This document shows, one piece after another, positions 55,161 to 64,000 of a DNA stretch of 64,000 bases. The translations under genes were made by a program, and so were the position numbers. Each line of letters starts with the position of its first letter. The stretch's first letter is position 1. This DNA comes from Octopus sinensis (lineage: Eukaryota): NCBI RefSeq assembly GCF_006345805.1, contig NC_042999.1, positions 111,538,001 to 111,602,000 on the forward strand, written 5' to 3'. Below the pieces are notes generated by a model. It was not told the origin of the DNA, did not search any database, and was given only the letters and a program-made list of their open reading frames with translations.

Positions 55161-55874
55161 GGTATACACCTTGTACTATCTTGTTTAAAGCCCGTTCGTA
55201 GTATTGAACTATCTTATGTCAACAGCAGAATGGAATTATATACTAGTGGATGAACTTCAGGAATTTTTTGTCCCGTGGAAGATATAAATCATATGATAGA
55301 ATAAAAATGGAATTCACGAGATTCTTTATTCAGAACCAATACAATCGTTTCGACCCATCATGCACTGGTAGCTTGTAAGTGATATGCTGTACAAGCAATT
55401 ACCAAACATGGTAGGCGCCGTTTCGCTTATTGTTATAACGAAGCACTTTAGTAAACGTAGTGTATTATCTGAACGATAAGATAATGAAGTCTTCTGACAT
55501 AAGCAATAAATTAGAGTACACAAGGATAAAAGAATAAGGAATCAAAAATGTATTAAATAAAGCAAATAAAAAGAAATACAATAAAGGATAAGATGCCGTT
55601 ATATAAAAACATAAAATACATGCAATCAGAATTCAACAAAAAGAAAAAACACTCGAACTTTTATATTGACTTTTACACTTCATCAAAACAAATACTTTAG
55701 CATATATACATACACACAAATATGTCCATACATTGAACTATATCCAACATACGCGCATACACGTATCTAGATATCTATTTACCTATTTATCAGTCTGTCT
55801 CTGTGTTTCTATCTATCTATCTATCTTTCTATCTATCTATCTATCTATCTATCGATCTATCTATTTATTTATTT

Positions 55875-56040
55875 ATTATATAAAATCCGTTCTGTCTGTG
55901 TGTGTGTGTTCTATGATCTCGGGCATCCTCCATCCGATTGCGCTCAAATTTGATATGTAGATACTGACGGTATCAGGGTGTGTATAGTTCTTGAAAATAT
56001 AAAAATCGATTCCAGGTGAGAATGCGATAGATAAAGCCGT
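55875..56040 (+). mobile_element. Possible 5' fragment of a non-autonomous Helitron-like element
   Basis: TATATAAAA start, (TG)n, then CATCCGATTGCGCTCAAATTTG, organised like 14017-14100; no 3' terminus seen. Confidence 0.35.
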
Positions 56041-56416
56041 TTTTGTCCTGCTTTTCTTCTGTCAAAGGTACATAACTGCACCTTCCATTTTTTGTTGTTT
56101 TGTACTGCTTAAGGGCGCGTTTGTTTCCTGCCAAGCTTACTATTTAAACCATGTTTGTGTTCTCCCAGTCAACAGCCTTATCATTACTGGTACTTTAAAT
56201 TCTTCGGTTGCATATTTGTGTAAATAAAATCGTTTTTCTTTGGAATAGAAAAGAAGTCTATCTTTATTTCTACTTTTGCTGGTGTCTCAAATTTAGGTTA
56301 AATCGGTGTTTGTCAAAGGGGAGGCCTATCGGACGTTCGGACAAGCTGTTTTGAGAAAATCTGGTTTAAATGTTTGACAACTCAGCACCGTCCATTGGAC
56401 GGGGGGCGTTTTGCTC

Positions 56417-56479
<63 letters not shown>

Positions 56480-56556
56480 TGTATATATGTATGTATGTAT
56501 GTATATATATATATACACATATATATATATGGATGTATATATATACATACATACAT

Positions 56557-56593
<37 letters not shown>

Positions 56594-56594
56594 T

Positions 56595-56792
56595 AAATCC
56601 AAACATGAAAACACAAAGAGAAAACACAACAACGCGAGGACGTGGAACAAGTATAGTATTATTGGACGCTCAGGAAAGACGGAAAGGAGGGTTTAACGTT
56701 TCGAGCGGAGCTCTTCGTCAGAAACATAGGAAAATGAAAGAACCAAAGAAGGGAAGACGGAGGAAAAAAAATCGCCAACGGTACACACGCGG
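56595..56792 (-). mobile_element. ~200-bp Penelope-type terminal unit with an intact hammerhead, embedded in (TA)n
   Basis: (TA)n on both sides; related layout to 23481-23692. Confidence 0.6.
56691..56725 (-). ncRNA. Minimal type I hammerhead ribozyme, complete core
   Basis: GUUU-CUGACGA-A-GAGC(UCC)GCUC-GAA-ACGU-U-AAAC; predicted cleavage after GUU (56695). Confidence 0.8.
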
Positions 56793-57453
56793 ATATACAT
56801 ATATATATTAATTTATATTAATAAATGTGTCTGTGTGTGTGTTTAAATAATATTTTTATATTTGCCTGCATTTATCTACCTACTTATACATATTCGCATA
56901 TACATATATGAGCGTAATTATATGTGTGTATTTATTTACACAAATACATATATATTTACACAAATACATATATATTTCTCCCTCCCTCTTTCTCTCTCTT
57001 TCTGTTTCTCACTCGCTTCCTTTCTTTCTGTTTCTCTCTTTCGCTCATTCGCTTACCGTCTCGTTTTTGTTTTTGCTTTACGTGCACAAAATACTTGTAC
57101 ATATTTTTCCCACTCACCCAACCACCCTTTCAATCTTCCGGTTCTCAGCCCTCCTCGAACCGGCCCCCCTCCACATTTCCACTCACCCTTACCCCCACTA
57201 CTTCTCGATCCCATACACATTCAGTGATTTTCCCTTCAACTACGTCACCCATCCGTTTTACCACGGTAATTTACAACCCACATTGACACCGCAATCCCTG
57301 CCATTTATCACCCAAGCTAGAGAAACAGTTTAGCAACAAGTGGACCATAGCAATGGAAGCAACAATTACAACAACAACAGCAACAAACTGCCACCACCAC
57401 TCTCCTACACGACTATTATTACAATCACAGCCATCACCATCACCACAAACACG

Positions 57454-57454
<1 letters not shown>

Positions 57455-57525
<71 letters not shown>
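57455..57525. repeat. (CTA)n microsatellite within a longer degenerate CTA/CTG/CAA tract (57350-57830)
   Basis: Direct inspection. Confidence 0.95.
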
Positions 57526-57526
<1 letters not shown>

Positions 57527-57964
57527 TTGCCTTTATGGTTGCTGCTACTGCTCTTTCCACTGGCTCTACTATTGCCACTACTTATATACTGGCTATGCTG
57601 CCACTGTTACAACTACTATACCAACTACAATTACTAGTACAACTTCTATTACTACTACCACGAAGACATTGACGAATACTACTACTACTATTATTATTTA
57701 CTACTACAGCAATGGCTGCTAATGCTGGTGCTGTTGCCGCTACTGCTACAACTACTACTACTGCTGCTACCTCTACGCTGCTTCTGCTACATCTACTACT
57801 GCTGTTGCTGCCACTATCAAAAATAGTATTCAAATACCGGAGGTAGAGTAATATGCTTTATTATTAAAGCTGCAAAAACACCACAAAAGTATCACAAACG
57901 ACTGCTACTCAGAGTTTCAGGTTCCCGTTCGTTGGACAGTTGTGATTAAGAGTGGGACAAGAGT

Positions 57965-58059
<95 letters not shown>

Positions 58060-58998
58060 CTCTAAAAACATATATACATGTATACGCTAACACGTACAAA
58101 AGCTGATACATACATACATGCTTACATACATACATACCTACATACATACAAACATATGCAGGCAAATGAATATATTTACTAGTGCATAAATAGATATCTA
58201 CACACATATATATGCACAATAAATCCCCGTGCATATGTGGTAAAATGTTTCTAATATATAACTTTGTTGTTGCTAGTTAGAGAAAGAGGGAAAGAAAAGA
58301 ACAAAAAGAATCAGAATAAGTAGTGGCGTGTAGGGGGAGGGGAAGAGAGAAAGACAGATATTCGAAAATAGCGTTCTTAATAGTATCCAGCAGAGAAAAA
58401 GAAAAGACAGCATACAGCAAAACCCTTATGTGTGTATAGTCAAACCCATATACACACATATATAAATAGACTTTCATAAACACACCCACATAAATACACA
58501 CACATATATATATACATAGTTACACACATGTATACACCCATACATATATACTTATAAACATACGCATATATATTTATATATATATATATATGCATAAACA
58601 TATATACACAATACATGTATACGCATTCGTATATATTCAAAATCGTGTGTCTGGTGTATTGAATATTAATATAAGAATAAACATAGAATAAAAATAGATA
58701 ATGATAGAAATTGTTGAAACAAGGAACAATTTCAGATGTTAAATAAAACCAATTATAAAATCAAATTAAATTGCAAAGAATATTACTTTGTCTAATATAA
58801 ATTTGAAAATTAGTAAAATTTTGACCTCGGCGAAATTTAAATCAGAAACTTAGCAACTGGTGAAATATTGCTAACCATCTTGTCCGGCTCGCTAAAATTC
58901 TGCCAGCATCGTCACCTTATTAACAGTGACATAATATTGGTAATAATTAATTAATGCAATGTAAATAAAATAATTAAATAATTATAATAATAATAATA

Positions 58999-59029
<31 letters not shown>

Positions 59030-59030
<1 letters not shown>

Positions 59031-61160
59031 TTTTTTTTTTCTTCTTTCAAATTTTCTTCCATTTCTTGCCGAGTGTCTTCCCGACTCCTAGGGCAAAGAA
59101 ACTCATAGTGTATATTGGTAGGCCATTAAACCAAACTCAGTAGTTCGTTCATTTTTTTTTTTTTTTTAAGTTAAATTAAAATTAAAATACATGAGCAGCA
59201 ACAGTTCTCACATCGACAATGCTCTTCTCAATACTTGTGATGTACCAGTTAAGACAATCTTTTGCACTTCTTGCAGGGATGGTAAGCCAGGGATCATTCT
59301 CATATAATTTTCGGTTCCCTTCTTGATCATTCCTAGTGCTCCTACGATCACTGGTATTGTAACCGCCTTGAGATGCCACATTTTCTCAATTTCAATGAGT
59401 AGGTCTTTCTATTTTCTGAGCTTGTCAAACTCTTTCGCTGAGATATTATGATCACAGGGGATGCTCATGTCGATCAATAAGCAAACTTTATTGTTTTGGT
59501 CTTTCACAACAATATCTGGTTATTGGCCTTGATGGTTCGGTCTGTATGTACTGGAAAGTCCCACAGAATGGTTACATTTTCTCCTTCAGTTACAGCCTCA
59601 GGGTGGTGATTATACCACTTGTCGGCAGTTTTGATATTGTAATGCCGACTTATTAGCCAGTGTAGATATTGGCCAACTCTGTCATGTCTTAATTTATACT
59701 CCACTGGTGCTAAGACTTTACATCCAGAGATTAGGTGGTCCACTGTTTCAATCATGTCGTTGCAGAATCGGCATTTTGGGTCTGCTCCATTTTTCATCAC
59801 ATTGGCCTGGTAGTTCCGGGTTAATAGGCTTTGGTCTTGAGCAGCCAGGATGAAACCTTCGCTCTCTGCTTTTAGCCCTGAGCTCTGCAGCCACTGATGG
59901 GTTTGCTTCTGGTCAACATCAGCTTGTTTGCTGCGGGTCACATATTTGCCGTGCAGAGGTTTCTCCTCCCACCTATCAGCCAATTGCTCGTGCGCTTTTT
60001 TCATTGCCATCATTTTCACCTTCTTTGCAACAATAGTTGCCGTACTTCCCTCGGGTTGTTCAGTTTGGGTATCCTGCACGAGATCAATAGCAAATTTTTT
60101 GCTTTCCTTGATGATAGAATGAAGCTTCTTTCGTCTCTCGTGATTTTCCACGAGCTTTAGCATCCAGTCATTCGATATTTCGAGATATTTGGCCAGTCCA
60201 ATTGTGGTTGTTTTGTAAGCTAGTTCAAATTGGATCAGCCTCGACCTCCTTGGGCTCTGGGAAGGTAAAGGCGATCTACGTCTGCCTTTGGGTGGTGCAT
60301 CCTATTACAACTCAGCAGCTTGCGTATTTTTCTATCTATATTCTTTACTTCACTCATATTCCAGTTCAACACATTGTAGCTATAAGTAACAACTGGAACT
60401 GCTAAGGAATTTATAGCTAACACCTTGTTACGTGCATTTAGTTCAGATTTCAGGACTGCACGAACTCTCCTATAACATTCCTTCCTGATTTTCTCTTTCA
60501 TGCTTGCATGCTGAATACCAGAGCCTTCATTTATCCCTAAATATTTGTATGTCTGTTCTTGCTCAAGCTCTCTTATGACTGTGTCAACATCTAACACGAC
60601 TGAATTTGTGGTCTTCACTTGCCCTTTCTGGAAAGTGGCCTTGGCACACTTCTCAAGTCCAAACTCCATCCCGATGTCATCGCTGAATGCTTTCACGGTG
60701 CGCAATAGGCCTTCAAGTTCATTATTGTCTTTACCATAAAGTTTTAAGTCATCCATATAAAATAGATGGCTTATTTTTTTATTGGCAATTTTATACCCAT
60801 ACCCTGTTCTGTTTAACTCACTTGTAAGGGGTATTAGGGCTATGCAGAATATTAAAGGTGAAAGTGAGTCACCTTGAAAAATTCCACAGTTGATGTTTAT
60901 GTTTTCTGAGGCAAGTACTCCATTAGAGTGGTATAATTGGAGATTCGTATTCCACAACGACATATTGTGCTTCAGGAAGTTTGAAATCACAGGGGAAATT
61001 TTAAAGATGTCCAGCGACTCAAGATCCATGGATGCGGTATACTGTCGAAGGCCTTTTTATAGTCAATCCATGCGGTGCTGAGATTTCTGCGCTTGTTGTG
61101 ACAGTTCTCAAGGATCATACGATTGATTAGCAGTTGATCTTTGCATCCGTAAGAGCCTCG
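59030..61160 (-). mobile_element. 5'-truncated R4/Dong-type non-LTR retrotransposon (RT and restriction-like endonuclease) in a (TAA)n array
   Basis: GSYGCKDQLLIN...AWIDYKKAFDSIPH...GIFQGDSLSPL...HLFYMDDLKLY...CRFCNDMIETVDHLISGC...RHD...PDIVVKD...LIDMSIPCD...EFDKLRKY...VIVGALG; stop at 59208-59210; (TAA)n on both sides in element sense. Confidence 0.92.
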
Positions 61161-61163
61161 TAA

Positions 61164-61207
<44 letters not shown>

Positions 61208-61245
61208 TATTATTATTATCATCATTATTATTATTATTATTATTA

Positions 61246-61300
<55 letters not shown>
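61161..61300. repeat. (ATT)n microsatellite
   Basis: Direct inspection. Confidence 0.95.
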
Positions 61301-61302
<2 letters not shown>

Positions 61303-61524
61303 ATTATAATTAAAAAAATTTAAAAATTACTAAAAAATCCATTCACATTTTCGGTATCTGTAAAACACATCTTGCGCAATTTTAGATGCACGTTTATAGA
61401 TGTGCATTAAAAAATCAACGTAGAAAGGTATTTCATGAGCTAAATTTCAAAGTAAGAAAACCAATCTTATTGTTTAAAAAGGTATATTTAAAAGTAATAG
61501 TTAAAATTAAAGAAATGCAAAAGA

Positions 61525-61790
61525 AAGGGACCTTTTGAGCGGAATGGGTTACTCGACCAGAAGAAAATTCTAACCGGGCTACCCCTCTCCACCTGCAAGG
61601 TCATGTGCTGTTTATCTTGATATGAGATCATCATGTCGCGCACATATGGTTGTTTAGCATATGCCTAGCGTACTCTTATCAGGCGGGTAGTCATGATGGG
61701 TATACTGGGCTTCGTATATTTTACCCCAGTGTCACTTTGATGGCATGCATTGCTCTCTCACTCAATAATAATAATAATAATAATAATAAT
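61525..61790 (+). mobile_element. Interspersed retroposon 3' end with (AAT)n tail
   Basis: GC-richer block ending GTCACTTTGATGGCATGCATTGCTCTCTCACTC, then (AAT)n; family not assigned. Confidence 0.45.
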
Positions 61791-61852
61791 AACCACTAAT
61801 TTTCATATAGGGTGGTTATTATTATTATTATTATTTTATTATTATTATATTT

Positions 61853-61968
61853 TATCTGTGAATTTGCGCGTGTAATCTGGGAATGCATACAATGCCCTTC
61901 TCTGCCCTAGGTGTATGGAAAACACACGGCGAGAAACGGAAGAAAATTTGAAGAAAGAAGGAAAAAAC

Positions 61969-61970
<2 letters not shown>
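61853..61970 (+). mobile_element. Short 3'-UTR-only copy related to the R4/Dong element, with (TAA)n tail
   Basis: TTCTCTGCCCTAGG...ACAC.CGGC.AGAAA.GGAAGAAAATTTGAA aligns with the reverse complement of 59035-59105. Confidence 0.75.
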
Positions 61971-62021
<51 letters not shown>

Positions 62022-62169
62022 GATAGAAATATATATTTTTTATCCAGTTGAAGGTTTTCTTGAAAGGCGAAACTGTAAAATGCATGTTATACTAAATGGT
62101 GCCAGTTTTTAGGTGGAAAAGTCAAATTCAAATGCCAAAGTCAATGTTACACCCATACGGTATTTTTCA

Positions 62170-64000
62170 CTCCACATTTTATACTTCATGGCATGTCTGC
62201 AGGGATTTAAAAGCTCCTATCTTTGATTCAGTGTTTATTTATCCTGGAACAGGATGAAAAACTTTTCAGTCAGGTACAAATTGCACAGCATTGGGCTTCT
62301 GTATGCTCCATGTTTATATGGTTCTGTTTTCTCTGTTAAGCTGATTTTGAAAATACGAGTATCATTTTCTTTCAATTGCCGCACTTGTTTAGCGTGACTC
62401 GTTGCTGTCCTATTTTCAGGGTATCGAAATGAATTTCCATAAGAATATAATCTAGTCTTGAAGGAATTTTCTGAGTTTCTCGTATATGTTTTGTATTCTT
62501 GTGAGCCCATCTATCTGTACCTTATCTCCATATACTATTCCTTTCTATAGACAATTCCCTCCTAACGGACAGCAACTTAGTTCTTTACAATTGCATTTCT
62601 TATTATTTCCGGCAGTGTGGTCATCTCTAAGGGCTTTTGCGATGTGCTGGTTAATTAAAGAGGCAAAGCTCTTGCAACAAGAATAGCTAACCTTCAGTGT
62701 CCTCCTATTAAAAATTTTATAGAACTTATGGTTTACTTGAAAGTGCTCAGAAACTTGTTTTAAGAATATCCTACTATAATGCTAAATGTCGGGTTAAACC
62801 ACAAAGCTTTTCTAGTTCTAGTTCTACATGCCCTATCATTGTTAGTTGTGCTTTGACTATACTGGATTTTCTCCGAGAATCCACTATTCCTTAAAGCATT
62901 ATTATAATACGGCGCGGCATTCTGAAGCGCTGTTTCATCTGAAGATATGGATGATATGCACCTTTCTGTATTACTAACAAGATTCTTTAGTATTACGAGT
63001 GGATGATTTGAATTTTTCTTAATATAATATAGCTTTACATTAGGCTTACAGTAGGGTTTAAATTTATCTACTTACAAATCTAAGTTAGTATCTAAAAAAT
63101 TTATATTATTTAGGTTAGTTTGTATCGGTATTCATAAGCTATTCTTTGGAAGAATGTAATGAGATTCTTCCTTAATCTATCTAACTCATGGCCGTTCATA
63201 TTTCGGGTGACTATAAGACCGTCATCTCTGTATAATCTTGCATCTATAAAAGGGAATCCCAGATGCAGGTTGTGCAAAATATAAGCTCCTATAAGCATAC
63301 ATAACTCTGCCACGTCATATGCATCCATAGGCACATCGAATCCTCGCTCTTTTTAACCCAGGTGAATTCGTCGTAAAAGAGGAGGGATTTCTTTGCATGC
63401 AAGATAATATCTATATCCGAACTGACGATGGTGACGTATTGTTTGGCGAAGTCTAATGCTTTATGAAGTAAAGGCCTGGATATTGACGGGTAAAAGTCGA
63501 CAATATCGAACTGCGTAAATTTATAGTTATATTTACGGCTAATCCCCTTGAACCAAACTATAGCTGACTTACTGTTTCCCCAAATCCGTAAAATTAATTT
63601 CCTATTTAACATGTTTAAAATAGAATCTAAGATATTTTTTACTAATAATACCTATTTCTGTTTTAGCTGGGTTGATTAGGCTACATTTAAGGTTTCTACT
63701 GAAATTTACTTTGTGGTTCTTAAGGGTAATAAACGGTTGGCATGGGGGAAGGCATTCTATCCTATCACTAACTTTAAGATTGGTAGCGATTCATCTTGCT
63801 TTGATATTCACATCTTTATCTAAGTTAGTGTTAGCTTTTTTGTAGGTGTCTGTAATACTATTAGAAAGAAGCCGTTTGTAAAGATCTTTTTCAATCGCGT
63901 ATATGTTTTTTTTTTTTTGTTTTATCGGAGTTTACAAAAAATCTTATCCGAATTCTTTATACTTCTAATACTATCAATTATAGTTCTCTCGAGCAAATTG
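62170..64000 (-). mobile_element. Decayed Penelope-like retroelement ORF (RT and GIY-YIG endonuclease); runs off the window end
   Basis: PFITLKNHK...LINPAKTEIGIISK...FTQFDIVDFYPSI...FDVPMDAYDVAELC...LYRDDGL...CPLGGNCL*KGIVY...KTYTRNSENSFKTR...LCNLYLTEKFFIL; contains stops, frameshifts and motif substitutions. Confidence 0.9.

Overview
AT-rich, microsatellite-saturated eukaryotic DNA. The SINE and microsatellite complement looks like an octopus (coleoid cephalopod) intron or intergenic region; this is pattern recognition, not a database match. No host protein-coding gene is recognisable, and nearly all ORF-track entries are translations of simple repeats. All coding sequence I can identify is transposon-derived: (1) a Tx1/L1-clade LINE at 40868-46219, inserted in a (GATA)n array, whose 5' part (ORF1, APE endonuclease, start of RT) is inverted relative to its 3' part, with the RT core missing; (2) a 5'-truncated R4/Dong-type RLE LINE in a (TAA)n array (59030-61160); (3) a decayed Penelope-like element with RT and GIY-YIG (62170 to beyond the window end); (4) maT/Tc1-mariner, RTE and CR1-like remnants. 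Non-autonomous elements include many tRNA-derived SINEs, a Tigger-like MITE, a Helitron-like element and several fold-back structures. The most notable unannotated signals are eight type I hammerhead-ribozyme motifs in short, mostly (TA)n-embedded Penelope-type terminal units (one with a complete core, 56691-56725) and the twin-priming-like geometry of the Tx1 element. Coordinates were counted by hand; boundaries of degenerate repeats are approximate.
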